From positions 1 to 64,000 of the IMG/VR virus record IMGVR_UViG_3300027804_000001: 64,000 bases of DNA; one strand, given 5' to 3'. Shown here in pieces: positions 31,093 to 41,409 of this stretch. The translations under genes and the position numbers were made by a program. This DNA is from a virus. Lineage: Duplodnaviria; Caudoviricetes. How positions within the stretch are numbered: the first letter of the stretch is position 1; each line of letters starts with the position of its first letter. Under the pieces are notes generated by a model. It was given only the letters and a program-made list of their open reading frames with translations. It was not told the DNA's origin and did no database searches.

Positions 31093-32454
31093 TTATCTTC
31101 TTGGTACTAATTCACCACCATCATCGTCTTCATCCTCACCATCAAAATCATCGGATAATCTAACACCTAAATTACCTAAAAAGTCTTTCAAATCATCATC
31201 ACTAGTCTGATTAGATGTATCTTCTAAATCGTCCCTAAACATTGCAACTGAATTTTCATAATCTTGGTCATTAAACATTTTGTTAATACCATCCATTAAT
31301 TCATTCATCATTCTTTTACCTTTATCTGAACCATATAAAACTTCTTTCATGAAAACTAAGAATTTTTTCGCCGGTAATTTGAAAATTTCAACAAGTAAAT
31401 AATTTTGTAATTCTACTTTATTTTCATCTGTTAATACATCTTCAGGGAATTGACTTCTAACTCTATCCCAAATTGCTGGACCAAGTCTTAAATCCCACAT
31501 TTCCTTTTCTAACGTATCTTCAGATTGTTCAATATCTTCAAACCCTTCATCACCTTCAGGTCTTCCTTGAATTGCAAACAATTCTAAAGTTCCTTTAATT
31601 AATTCGTGAACTAAAACCGGAAAATTAATACCTCTTGCAACAACTTTTGCTGTACCCTCTTCATCTTCTGGTCTTTCTACACTTTCTTTACCCGCCGCAG
31701 AACCACCTAAATTTTTAATTAAATCATCACTTATTTGCCAATAAGTTAAATCATTAATTGACATTAATGTTCCGTATAAATTGAGAATATTAGGATTACC
31801 TGTGATTTGTTCTAATCTTTCAGGAACTAAATGAAACATGTAATGTCCTTTCTTAGATGCACCTTGAATGATAGAATTTATCATTCTTCTCTTTGCTTTT
31901 TCTAAATCTAAATTTTGTAATTCATTGAATATCTCAATCTCATTTCCAATATTAACTTGTTCAGGATTTTCCTCGTTTTCTTCATCGTGACCAAAATCAT
32001 CCATATCAATTTCACCCATACCTACAATTTTCGCATCAAACTCAACAGCACCTTCAGGTATACCCATTTCTTTCATTACCAATTCCACCGCCAATTGTTC
32101 CAATTCCTCTTTGTGATTTGATTCAATTTGAACAATTGTGTTGTGTGCATTCATTAATGTTTGTTGAAGTTGCATAACTCCCTCCATTCCTCTTTGTACT
32201 GGTGCATTATCACCCAAATATCTTCTTAAATTAGACACAACTTGTCTATATCTTTCAGATGCTAAAACTTCTTGGAAATTTTTGTTTGGTTCTTCACCTG
32301 TAGAAGGTAATGGTACTTTTTTCAATGGAGTATCTCCTTGGGATAATTTATCCTGTAAACCTTGGTCAGGCCTATCCTGAGTATCAAAATCCATTGCCAT
32401 TTCTTTAATATTGTTTTCTATTAAAGATAACAAATTTTTTTTATTTATTTGCAT
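31093..32454 (-). CDS. Hypothetical acidic protein in head block
   Basis: 453-aa ORF. Confidence 0.8.
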   Translation of the reverse strand: MQINKKNLLSLIENNIKEMAMDFDTQDRPDQGLQDKLSQGDTPLKKVPLPSTGEEPNKNFQEVLASERYRQVVSNLRRYLGDNAPVQRGMEGVMQLQQTLMNAHNTIVQIESNHKEELEQLAVELVMKEMGIPEGAVEFDAKIVGMGEIDMDDFGHDEENEENPEQVNIGNEIEIFNELQNLDLEKAKRRMINSIIQGASKKGHYMFHLVPERLEQITGNPNILNLYGTLMSINDLTYWQISDDLIKNLGGSAAGKESVERPEDEEGTAKVVARGINFPVLVHELIKGTLELFAIQGRPEGDEGFEDIEQSEDTLEKEMWDLRLGPAIWDRVRSQFPEDVLTDENKVELQNYLLVEIFKLPAKKFLVFMKEVLYGSDKGKRMMNELMDGINKMFNDQDYENSVAMFRDDLEDTSNQTSDDDLKDFLGNLGVRLSDDFDGEDEDDDGGELVPRR

Positions 32455-33208
32455 TTTCCTTTTCTTTTAATGCTTTTGGTTTAGGATCTTTTCCCGGACC
32501 TGGTTGATAAGGTGTTTTTGGTTTTGTACCTGGTTCTACTTTTGGTTTTGTCGGTGCAGGTTTTGTTGTGGGTGATGATTCTTTTACCTCTGTATTAGAA
32601 ATTGCATCATAACTCATAAATTCAGGAATACCGTTATGTCCTTTTTTAACATTTGGACCAACCTCAACCTCATTTATTTTTACTTTAATTAATTCCATGA
32701 TTTCATTCTTTGATGTAAATGAATGGAAATTACTCTCTGCAATTGTTTCTAACCAATCTTTAACTTCGGTATTCTCTCTTTTAACATTTTTCCACATAGC
32801 GGCTGCCGCAACTGCTTCAGGGTCTTTTGCACCACTCTCTTTTGCCTTTGTAACAACTTTCTCAAATCCCTTACCTTTTTTACCTATATTTTCACCCTTC
32901 TTGGCTTTTTTAACTATTTCACTTTTCTTTTCTTTAGATAAACCAGCAGATGGTTTTTCTTCTTTAATATCTTCACCAAATGTGGTTTTTTTCAAAGCCT
33001 CAGCATTTTTAACCGGATCTTTTAACATTGCATTCATCAATGCAACATCTTGTGGTTTATTTTTATCTAATTTAGTCATAACAACTTGTGTTGCTTCACC
33101 TAATATTCTTGACGACAATTCAGATAATTGTTTATCGGTAAAATTAACTAATGTCTTTTCAGAGAAACCCTCGTTTATTAGTTTCTCCACAATTTCATTT
33201 CTTTTCAT
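32441..33208 (-). CDS. Hypothetical protein in head block
   Basis: 255-aa ORF, Pro/Lys-rich C terminus. Confidence 0.75.
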   Translation of the reverse strand: MKRNEIVEKLINEGFSEKTLVNFTDKQLSELSSRILGEATQVVMTKLDKNKPQDVALMNAMLKDPVKNAEALKKTTFGEDIKEEKPSAGLSKEKKSEIVKKAKKGENIGKKGKGFEKVVTKAKESGAKDPEAVAAAAMWKNVKRENTEVKDWLETIAESNFHSFTSKNEIMELIKVKINEVEVGPNVKKGHNGIPEFMSYDAISNTEVKESSPTTKPAPTKPKVEPGTKPKTPYQPGPGKDPKPKALKEKENANK

Positions 33209-33606
33209 GATTCTTTGAATTTTATTTCTTCTTTTAATAAATGATAATTTCTTTGTTTTAGTTTTTTGGTAACCGATTCAACACTTTCACCAAATCTAAA
33301 TGATAATCTATCAAATTGATTATCAAAATCGAATTTCTCCCAAGCTAATGCAATTACATTATCTACAGCATCAATAACTCCGAAATAATCGGAGTTTTGA
33401 ATTAATTCTAGTTCTAAATCTGTATTTTTTAATAACCCAACTAAATCAACATATTCGATACTTGGTGATTTTGATTGTTGGGTTGATGATGCGGGTATGA
33501 CAAACCACTCCTCTATGTCAAGATCAGTTGATTTACTGAAGATAAATTCGTACTGTTTTTGACCTTTGTAATCTGAACCAATTTCATTAACATAGATAAG
33601 GACCAT
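33205..33606 (-). CDS. Hypothetical protein
   Basis: 133-aa ORF with overlapping start/stop junction. Confidence 0.75.
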   Translation of the reverse strand: MVLIYVNEIGSDYKGQKQYEFIFSKSTDLDIEEWFVIPASSTQQSKSPSIEYVDLVGLLKNTDLELELIQNSDYFGVIDAVDNVIALAWEKFDFDNQFDRLSFRFGESVESVTKKLKQRNYHLLKEEIKFKES

Positions 33607-33608
33607 TA

Positions 33609-34640
33609 TTAATTAAAATATTTACTCAATGTTTCACCAACACTTTTGTTAATTTCATTTTTGATTTCGTCTAAGTCAATTTCTTTTAAATCATCTTCAT
33701 GACTTGTCTCGTCAATATCAGCATATTTTGATAAATCAATTTCGTCTGTTTCATCAACAGAATCAATAGGTGTATTAATGAAAGTTTCAAGAGCATCAAT
33801 ACCATCTATTTCACCTAAATCTTCTTCAGCAGATGGTTCTTCAGATGGAACTTCTTCCTCACCACCCATATCGGGTTCTTCAGCAGGTACTTCTTCCTCA
33901 CCACCCATTTCATCTTCTTCTCTTTCAAATTTCTTACTTATTTCTTCAATATCCTCATCGTCTAATTTATCCAAATCAACTGCAGAAATAATCATGTTAA
34001 GCACATATTTGATATCGTCACTTTCCATCTTGTCTTGTTGGTCTCTTAATTCTTGACCTAACTTACCAGCAAATTTTTGTACTTCAGCCATATAGTCTGA
34101 ACGCTTAGATTCCCCACCTTCTTCACTACCATCAGGTCCCATAGATGGTTCCTCTGATGGTGGCATATCAGATGGTTCAGAATCTGTTGATGGTTCTTCA
34201 GCAGATGGTGGTGGTAATTCACCCATAGGTTCTTCGGCAGCTGGTGGTGGAGTTTCCATTGATGGTTCCGCCATAGGTGCTTCTTCCTGAGATGGTTTAG
34301 TTTTTAAAACATATTTTGTTGCTTCTTGTAATTCTTCTTGTCCCTTTAAAAGTTCTAATCTTTTTAAGGCTTCGGCGTATGATGAAAACTTATTTTTATT
34401 TTTCATAAACATTCCGCCGATATAATCAAGGGATGATTCGTTTAATCCTCTTTTAACATAGTAACCGTCTTTTTCTTTCACTATACCATATATTCCACCG
34501 GTCTTAGCTTCGGACACCATTTCAGGTGTTGATTTTGAGGTTTTATTATTCGAATTCTTGTAGTATGTTAATTCGAGGATTCTCTTTAGTTTGTCATCTC
34601 CCGATAACTTCTCACTACCAATTGGTTTTAAATCTGCCAT
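33609..34640 (-). CDS. Hypothetical acidic protein in head block
   Basis: 343-aa ORF, upstream TATTTATA, N-terminal KLKRILEL. Confidence 0.8.
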   Translation of the reverse strand: MADLKPIGSEKLSGDDKLKRILELTYYKNSNNKTSKSTPEMVSEAKTGGIYGIVKEKDGYYVKRGLNESSLDYIGGMFMKNKNKFSSYAEALKRLELLKGQEELQEATKYVLKTKPSQEEAPMAEPSMETPPPAAEEPMGELPPPSAEEPSTDSEPSDMPPSEEPSMGPDGSEEGGESKRSDYMAEVQKFAGKLGQELRDQQDKMESDDIKYVLNMIISAVDLDKLDDEDIEEISKKFEREEDEMGGEEEVPAEEPDMGGEEEVPSEEPSAEEDLGEIDGIDALETFINTPIDSVDETDEIDLSKYADIDETSHEDDLKEIDLDEIKNEINKSVGETLSKYFN

Positions 34641-34710
34641 TTTTTAAAAATTAAGATTGACTTATTCTTATCCTATAAATACATAGATATATAGAAAAAA
34701 ATAAGTCTCT

Positions 34711-35490
34711 TTATTGTGATATGGACAATTTTTTGTCCGTTATATTATTTTTTAAATCTAATAATTTCTTTATGTATCCGTTTCTTCTAAGTAATTTGAA
34801 GGTTAGGTTCTCGTATGAATACTCACCACCACTCTCTAAACCGCTTTGTCTGAACTTTTTTATTCTCTTTCTTAAGTCCTCTATTTGAGATAAAACGTTT
34901 TGATTAACCCCCTTAGATGTGATAGAATCTATTTTTTTTGCAAATTCCTCACCCTTCTCTAATATTTTTCTGTCATCGATACTTGGATTTTCTTTTTTGG
35001 GTTCAATAATCCATTCACCATTTAACACAGAATAAACCCCTGAGGATATGTGCTGCTCATTGACATCTTGAACATAAAGTTCAACATCAAATCCCTTAAT
35101 TTTAATATTGTGTTTTTCATTCCAAACATTTTTTTTTGCATCAAAAAATTCTTTCATTATTGTATGAAACGCGATTGAATCCATCTCCTTTTTTCCATCT
35201 ATTTCATCCATGTCAATCAAAATGTGTAAATCAACATCTGAATATTCAGACCAATTAAAGTTAGCCAACGAACCCGTTAAAACAATATCATGAATAAAAA
35301 ACTCAACTCCCAAAGATTCAATGAAATCATCAGATATTTCAATTAACCTTTTTCTGATTTCATCTTTCATCTCATAAGAATCATCGTTTTTATTGAAAAT
35401 CAACGAACATAATGAATCCTTTGATTCAAAGGATTTTACTATCTTTTCGTCTTCTTCCCTATCTTCGATTAGTTCTTCAAATAAACTCAT
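34711..35490 (-). CDS. Pol-beta superfamily nucleotidyltransferase
   Basis: LTGSLAN...SDVDLHI (GS...DxD) and downstream DVELYVQD. Confidence 0.8.
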   Translation of the reverse strand: MSLFEELIEDREEDEKIVKSFESKDSLCSLIFNKNDDSYEMKDEIRKRLIEISDDFIESLGVEFFIHDIVLTGSLANFNWSEYSDVDLHILIDMDEIDGKKEMDSIAFHTIMKEFFDAKKNVWNEKHNIKIKGFDVELYVQDVNEQHISSGVYSVLNGEWIIEPKKENPSIDDRKILEKGEEFAKKIDSITSKGVNQNVLSQIEDLRKRIKKFRQSGLESGGEYSYENLTFKLLRRNGYIKKLLDLKNNITDKKLSISQ

Positions 35491-35732
35491 CCTACTTTAG
35501 TGTATTTGTAACTTCTTGAGATACTCTCATTGAAGTATTTTCCTTGGGACTTAGCCATTCTAAATTTTGTGAACTTTTCCCATGGAACGTTATTATATTC
35601 ATAAATAGACCCACTATTAAAAGTGACCACCAAATTTTTGGATTCAGTATCATATTTGGCGGATTTTAAATTTGAAGATTCAATAAGAACTTCAATAATG
35701 GTACCCTCAATTTTTTCTGATAAAATAGACAT
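35487..35732 (-). CDS. KTSC domain protein
   Basis: ESSNLKSAKYD....L.V.FNSGSIYEY.NVP........A.SQGKYFN. Confidence 0.92.
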   Translation of the reverse strand: MSILSEKIEGTIIEVLIESSNLKSAKYDTESKNLVVTFNSGSIYEYNNVPWEKFTKFRMAKSQGKYFNESISRSYKYTKVG

Positions 35733-35771
35733 ATTCTTTTTTATGAATAATATAACATATAAATATCAAAT

Positions 35772-35797
35772 AAAAAACCCCACATATGTGGGGTTTC
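35772..35797. terminator. Intrinsic terminator after hsp20
   Basis: AAAAAACCCCAC-ATAT-GTGGGGTTT. Confidence 0.75.
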
Positions 35798-35799
35798 AA

Positions 35800-36171
35800 T
35801 TAATTTAGAGATACTAACCTCTCAATAGTTTTTTTCTTATCAATCGGCAGTTTCAATTCTAATACCCCATTCTCAACTTTACCTTCAATATCTTTTTCTT
35901 TAACATCTTCAGGTAATGTGTAAGATTTTTTAAAATTATTCACAAAATAGGTTTTCTCTACTTTTTCTTGTTTTTCAAAAGAAATTGTAATTGTACCATC
36001 TTTTATGGTAATTTTTATGTCTTCTTTAGTAAGACCAGGAACACTCATTAATAACTTGTACTCAGTTTCATTTTTACTGATACTAGTTTGTGGTACCGAA
36101 CTACCGATGTAAGATGTTTCGAATACTTTATCGAACACATCGAAAAGTGGATCTTTAAATAATGTTATCAT
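35800..36171 (-). CDS. Small heat-shock protein (Hsp20/alpha-crystallin)
   Basis: VPGLTKEDIKI, FKKSYTLPEDV, GKVENGVLELKLP. Confidence 0.92.
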   Translation of the reverse strand: MITLFKDPLFDVFDKVFETSYIGSSVPQTSISKNETEYKLLMSVPGLTKEDIKITIKDGTITISFEKQEKVEKTYFVNNFKKSYTLPEDVKEKDIEGKVENGVLELKLPIDKKKTIERLVSLN

Positions 36172-36272
36172 ATTTTTTAAATTTTACAATTCAGTTATCA
36201 AGTATTTTACCAAATGTCTAAAACTGACATTTAGACATTCGTTAGATATTTTTTTAGACATTTTGTCTTTAT

Positions 36273-36303
36273 TTTGTTTTTATAAATTTTAGTATTATAT
36301 TTG
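36273..36303 (+). promoter_or_regulatory. Bacteroidota-type primary-sigma promoter for clpC
   Basis: TTTG (36273-36276) N19 TATATTTG (36296-36303). Confidence 0.65.
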
Positions 36304-36326
36304 TTTGTAACAAAACTTAAAAAATA

Positions 36327-38345
36327 ATGGCAGTAGATTTTTTTGAAGAGGGGAATGTAAGTAACCCAAGAAGAGTACGTAAAAACAGTGAAACACCTAT
36401 CTTAGATAATTTTAGTAGAGACCTTACTAAGTTGGCAGAAGAAGGTAAAATCGACCCCGTTATTGGTCGAGATAAAGAAGTGAAAAGAATATCACAAATC
36501 CTTTCAAGAAAGAAAAAAAACAATGCAGTTATAGTTGGTGAGGCGGGTGTTGGTAAATCTGCGTTAGTTGAAAAACTAGCATTGTCAATTAAAGAAGGTA
36601 AATGTCCATCAAACTTAGTTGACAAAAGAATTGTTTCTCTTGATTTAACTTCTTTAGTCGCGGGAACAAAATATAGAGGTCAATTTGAGGAGAGGATTAA
36701 GGCGATTCTTAATGAGTTATATGAGGTAAAGAATATTGTATTATTCATTGATGAACTACACACCATGGTTGGAGCGGGAAATGCAAGTGGTTCTATGGAT
36801 GCAGCAAACATTTTAAAACCGGCTTTGGCTAGAGGTGAAATACAATGTATTGGTGCAACTACTTTTGATGAATATAAAAAACATTTAGAAAAAGATTCTG
36901 CATTAGTACGAAGATTTCAAAAAATCATATTAAGTGAGCCTGATGAGAAAGAAACAACTCAAATATTAGAAAACCTTAAAGATTCTTATGAAAATTATCA
37001 CAAAGTATCATATGGTGAAAATGTTATTAATACCATCGTAAAATTATCTAAAAAATTTATCACTGATAGACAATTTCCTGATAAGGCTATTGATATATTA
37101 GACGAACTTGGTTCTGAAAAGAAGATATCTAATAAGATGCCAGAATCGGTTGAAAAACTTAAAAAAGATATCGATGTTGTAAAGGAAAAAAAGATTTCAG
37201 TTGTTAAGAGTCAAGATTACGAACAAGCCGCAAAACTTAGAGATGAAGAAAAGAAATTAAATTTAAAACTGGAAAGTGAAAAGAAAAAATGGTTAGATAA
37301 TTTAAAGAATAACAAAATGCTGATAACAGTTGACGATGTTTATGAAATCGTTACTGAAATGACAGGTGTTCCAATAACTAAATTGGATGAAAAAGAAACT
37401 GATAAATTATTGAAGATGGAAGAAATTCTAACTTCAAGAGTTATTGGTCAAGATGATGCAATAAAAGTCATATCAAAAGCAATAAGAAGAAATCGTGTTG
37501 GTATTAAAGATTCTAATAAACCAATTGGTTCATTTATATTTTTAGGATCAACCGGTGTTGGTAAAACTTATTTAGCCAAATCAATTGCTGAGTTATTGTT
37601 CGGTGACCCCGATAAGATAATTCGAGTTGATATGAGTGAATACATGGAAAAACACAATGTGTCCAAATTAATTGGTTCTCCTCCAGGATATGTTGGTTAT
37701 GATGAAGGTGGACAATTAACTGAAAAAGTTAAGAACAACCCGTTCTCTGTTATTCTTTTTGATGAAATTGAAAAAGCACATAAAGATGTTTTTAATATCC
37801 TACTTCAAATTTTAGATGAAGGACATTTAACCGATTCGTTTGGTAGAAAGATTAATTTTACAAACACAATCATTATCATGACATCTAATGTGGGTGCTAA
37901 GAAAGTTTCTGAATTTGGTAATGGCGTTGGATTTTCAACCTCATCATCTGAAGAACAAAAATATGAAGTAAGGAAAACAATGATTCAAAAATCATTAAAA
38001 CAACAATTTAATCCTGAATTTTTGAATCGTATTGATGATATTATCCTATTCAATCATTTAGATGAAACAGTACTTAAGAAGATTATCACCATTGAAATTG
38101 GTAAACTTATTAAGAGATTGGTTGAAAAAAATTACCTTGTAATTTTTGATAAATCTGTTGCAAGTAGAATTTTCGAATTAAATTCACAGGAAGAATATGG
38201 TGCAAGACCACTAAAAAGAATAATTCAAAATCTATGTGAAGATTTCTTAAGTGAAGAGATTTTAAGAGGTAATATTATTGAAAATGAACAAGTTACTTTA
38301 AAGTTTAAAGACGAAAAACTTACAATAACTAAAAAAATATTGTAA
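36327..38345 (+). CDS. clpC: ClpC-like AAA+ ATPase lacking the N-terminal Clp-repeat domain
   Basis: Two NBDs ([16 protein letters not shown]), FIDELH, FDEIEK, UVR-like middle domain ([11 protein letters not shown]), VGF loop, YGARPL. Confidence 0.9.
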   Translation: MAVDFFEEGNVSNPRRVRKNSETPILDNFSRDLTKLAEEGKIDPVIGRDKEVKRISQILSRKKKNNAVIVGEAGVGKSALVEKLALSIKEGKCPSNLVDKRIVSLDLTSLVAGTKYRGQFEERIKAILNELYEVKNIVLFIDELHTMVGAGNASGSMDAANILKPALARGEIQCIGATTFDEYKKHLEKDSALVRRFQKIILSEPDEKETTQILENLKDSYENYHKVSYGENVINTIVKLSKKFITDRQFPDKAIDILDELGSEKKISNKMPESVEKLKKDIDVVKEKKISVVKSQDYEQAAKLRDEEKKLNLKLESEKKKWLDNLKNNKMLITVDDVYEIVTEMTGVPITKLDEKETDKLLKMEEILTSRVIGQDDAIKVISKAIRRNRVGIKDSNKPIGSFIFLGSTGVGKTYLAKSIAELLFGDPDKIIRVDMSEYMEKHNVSKLIGSPPGYVGYDEGGQLTEKVKNNPFSVILFDEIEKAHKDVFNILLQILDEGHLTDSFGRKINFTNTIIIMTSNVGAKKVSEFGNGVGFSTSSSEEQKYEVRKTMIQKSLKQQFNPEFLNRIDDIILFNHLDETVLKKIITIEIGKLIKRLVEKNYLVIFDKSVASRIFELNSQEEYGARPLKRIIQNLCEDFLSEEILRGNIIENEQVTLKFKDEKLTITKKIL

Positions 38346-38382
38346 ATACTTGACTTTTTTCAAAAATTATATATATTTATAT

Positions 38383-38495
38383 TCTCGGAGGTTCTCTTTG
38401 TCGATTACCTTTTCGTTTTTTTTCATAAGTAAGTGGGGTTGAATCCACTGAAAGACCTTAAAACCCCGACATTCCTTGTTGGGGTTTTTTATTTT
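38383..38495 (+). ncRNA. Candidate small RNA or leader with its own promoter-like motif and terminator
   Basis: TATATTTAT upstream, GC-richer structured tract, terminator AAAACCCCGAC-ATTCCTT-GTTGGGGTTTTTT. Confidence 0.35.
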
Positions 38496-38521
38496 CAAAA
38501 TTTTTTGTTATATTTACACTT

Positions 38522-38716
38522 ATGAAGAAATACACATTTATCTTGGCTATTTTCGCAACAATTGCGTTAACGGCCTGTGGTTCCGGGTCGACCACAACTG
38601 AAACAACTGACTCTACGGCGGTTAGTGTTGATACTACAGCGGCAGTTGTAGATTCAACTAATGTCGATACTCAAACAGGTGGGGGATCTGGATCAGATTC
38701 TCAACCTATTAAGTAA
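38522..38716 (+). CDS. Small Thr/Ser-rich lipoprotein
   Basis: MKKY...LTAC lipobox; several D-S/T-x motifs resembling Bacteroidota O-glycosylation sites; followed by hairpin GGGCCGGA-TTAAAT-TCCGGCCC. Confidence 0.75.
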   Translation: MKKYTFILAIFATIALTACGSGSTTTETTDSTAVSVDTTAAVVDSTNVDTQTGGGSGSDSQPIK

Positions 38717-38760
38717 AAATATGGGCCGGATTAAATTCCGGCCCTTTCTATTTATTTGTT

Positions 38761-39177
38761 ATGGAATATGTTGGAGATTTAATATTATTGAGAGGAGTAC
38801 CGGGGTCAGGAAAAACGACTCTTGGGGAAATTATACTCCAAACAACACAACATCAAATACCTGATGTATTATCGGCGGATAATTTTTTTATCAATGATAA
38901 AGGTGAATATAATTTCGATAGTACGAAATTAAAAGAAGCACATAATTTTTGCCAACAAAAATGTGCCGAAAGAATGCGTTTGGAGTTTTCAAAAATTGTG
39001 GTTGCAAATACATTTACACAAGAATGGGAAATGAAACCATACTTTGAGATGGCAGAAAGATATCGATACCGAATTCATAGTATAATTGTAGAGAATAGAC
39101 ACGGAAACAAAAATATACATGATGTTCCCGATGATAAAGTTCAGATAATGAAAGATAGGTTCGAAATTCAGTTGTGA
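38761..39177 (+). CDS. P-loop kinase (AAA_33 / polynucleotide kinase-like)
   Basis: RGVPGSGKTT, SADNFF, IVVANTF, NIHDVP. Confidence 0.85.
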   Translation: MEYVGDLILLRGVPGSGKTTLGEIILQTTQHQIPDVLSADNFFINDKGEYNFDSTKLKEAHNFCQQKCAERMRLEFSKIVVANTFTQEWEMKPYFEMAERYRYRIHSIIVENRHGNKNIHDVPDDKVQIMKDRFEIQL

Positions 39178-39249
39178 TGGGTAAGTTTATTCTTTCTTTT
39201 ACTAATATCACATATCCACAAAAAAAAAGAACAAAAGGATTATTAAAAC

Positions 39250-40281
39250 TTGCTAAGTACTTTAGAAAAATATTACCAAAATGGTTTGTTACAAAAACAA
39301 ACACACCCAAATCTTGATTTAACTATATGGAATTATTCTCCAAAAGTTCAATACGAAAGATTGTGGGATGATGTTACCATGCAATGCCGTGGATTAGTTA
39401 CTAATTCAAAAGGTGAGATTGTCGCAAGACCATTTAAGAAATTCTTTAACTACGAAGAACATAAACCAGAAGATATCCCAAACGAAGATTTTGTGGTCTA
39501 TGAAAAAATGGATGGATCTTTGGGTATTCTTTTCAACTATAAAGGAGAATGGATAATGGCAACTCGTGGTTCATTCACCTCTCCACAAGCAATTAAAGGA
39601 AAAGAAATTCTTAATAGACATGACATTAGTGCGTGGAGAAAAGACAATACATATTTGTTTGAAATTATTTATCCTGAAAATAGAATTGTTGTTGATTATG
39701 GTGATGAAGAAAAGTTAGTTGTTCTTGGTGGTTTCCATACAGAAACAGGTGAAGAAATACCCGATAGTAGTTTATTTTGGACACAAGATTCAGGATTTGA
39801 AATTGTTACAAAATATAAAACATGGGGAGAAGGATACGATTTACTTAAAGAAGAAATATCTAAAGAGAAAGAAGGTTATGTAATTCGTTTTAAAAATGGT
39901 TTTCGTATGAAAATCAAAGGAGATGAATATGTTAGACTTCATAGGATAATAACTAACGTTTCAAATAGAGATATTTGGGAATATCTAAAAGATAATAAAC
40001 CATTTGATGAATTACTTGAAAAAGTTCCTGATGAATTTAATGAATGGGTTAAAGAAACAGTACGAGATTTAACTGTTAGATTTGAAAACATTGATGACGA
40101 TTATAACAATATTTTTAATTCAATTAATACAATAGACAGAAAACAATTCGCTGAAAATGCAAAAAATTATCCATACCCATCAATATTGTTTGCGATGTAC
40201 GATGGAAAACCAACACATAACATTATATGGAAATTAATATATCCACAATACTCAAAACCATTTAAAAAAGATGATGCCTAA
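39250..40281 (+). CDS. RNA ligase 1 (T4 Rnl1 family)
   Basis: CRGLV, RPFKKFFN, EKMDGSLG (motif I), FEII, EGYVI, RMKIKG; TTG start. Confidence 0.9.
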   Translation: MLSTLEKYYQNGLLQKQTHPNLDLTIWNYSPKVQYERLWDDVTMQCRGLVTNSKGEIVARPFKKFFNYEEHKPEDIPNEDFVVYEKMDGSLGILFNYKGEWIMATRGSFTSPQAIKGKEILNRHDISAWRKDNTYLFEIIYPENRIVVDYGDEEKLVVLGGFHTETGEEIPDSSLFWTQDSGFEIVTKYKTWGEGYDLLKEEISKEKEGYVIRFKNGFRMKIKGDEYVRLHRIITNVSNRDIWEYLKDNKPFDELLEKVPDEFNEWVKETVRDLTVRFENIDDDYNNIFNSINTIDRKQFAENAKNYPYPSILFAMYDGKPTHNIIWKLIYPQYSKPFKKDDA

Positions 40282-40894
40282 TTTATATGTTTGTGGTGAT
40301 AGTTTTGTTGATTGGGATAAACCTGATACACATTGGATAGATTATTTATCCAATCATTATAATATTATCAAATTAGGGAGATACGGATCAGATAATCATA
40401 GTATATTATATCAAATGGGATTAATTAATGATTATCTAAATGGGGACAGAGTGGTTGTTGTTTTTACGGCACCAGGAAGATTTCCAAGAAGATATTTTGG
40501 TGAAAGAGAAATCAATCAAGACGTAAAATATATTACATGGGAATGGTATAAAGACAAAAATTTTGCTAAGAAATTAATGGAATTAAGAGTTAAAGAAACT
40601 GAAAGTTGGTTAAATGGTGAAAGGAATTCAGAAATTGAATTTCTTAAAAAGGTGAAAGTTTTTTATGGTGATTTTAAACCTGTTTTTGTAACATGGAATG
40701 AAGACTTTTATAAAAAAACATATGATTTTGTTGATTTAATAAAAGTAACATCAATATCTGATGAAGGTGGTGAAGAAAATGATTGGCACCCTGGTTGGAA
40801 GGGTTGTTATGAATTTTATCAAAAAATTTATAATTTATTAGAAATAAAAGATACTATGGTAGATTATATTGATAAAATCAATAAAATACTATGA
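40271..40894 (+). CDS. SGNH-like hydrolase/acyltransferase-fold protein
   Basis: N-terminal VCGDSF and C-terminal DWHPG. Confidence 0.55.
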   Translation: MMPNLYVCGDSFVDWDKPDTHWIDYLSNHYNIIKLGRYGSDNHSILYQMGLINDYLNGDRVVVVFTAPGRFPRRYFGEREINQDVKYITWEWYKDKNFAKKLMELRVKETESWLNGERNSEIEFLKKVKVFYGDFKPVFVTWNEDFYKKTYDFVDLIKVTSISDEGGEENDWHPGWKGCYEFYQKIYNLLEIKDTMVDYIDKINKIL

Positions 40895-41409
40895 AACTAA
40901 CAAATGAAGAATTTGAAATTTTATTAAATGAATTAAATAATACTCCAACAATGGATGAAGAGGAAATAAAATTTATAAAATCGGCACACCCACAACTTTA
41001 TTATACAAGTGAAAATAAAAGAGATAATGGCGTTTCTTTATATACCGATAGAAGTTTTATTTATAGTTTAAAAAATGAAAAATTAAAAAAAATATTATGC
41101 GATAAATTTAATGAAGATATACAGAATGTTTATTCAATACATAAATTAATATATGGTATTGGTGGTCATGCAAAAAAACATAAAGATAGATTTACAACAC
41201 ACAAAACTGTTAGTATAATATTATCAGATAATTTTAAAGGTGGTGAAATGTATATTAATGAACAATTAGTAGAGATGAATGAATTGGGTAATTATATAGT
41301 TTTTGATGGTGGGAGAGATTTACATGAAGTTAAAGAAATAATTGAGGGTGAAAGAGAAGTTTTAGTAATATGGTTTTCAAAAAAACCGGCAAAATTTAAT
41401 TTAATATGA
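40891..41409 (+). CDS. 2OG-Fe(II) oxygenase
   Basis: HKD...TVSIILSDNFKGGE...LHEV..I.EGEREVLVIW. Confidence 0.8.
   Translation: MKLTNEEFEILLNELNNTPTMDEEEIKFIKSAHPQLYYTSENKRDNGVSLYTDRSFIYSLKNEKLKKILCDKFNEDIQNVYSIHKLIYGIGGHAKKHKDRFTTHKTVSIILSDNFKGGEMYINEQLVEMNELGNYIVFDGGRDLHEVKEIIEGEREVLVIWFSKKPAKFNLI

Noticed and set aside
36213-36239. CIRCE/HrcA operator
   Set aside because: Arms do not match TTAGCACTC-N9-GAGTGCTAA; kept only as an unknown inverted repeat.
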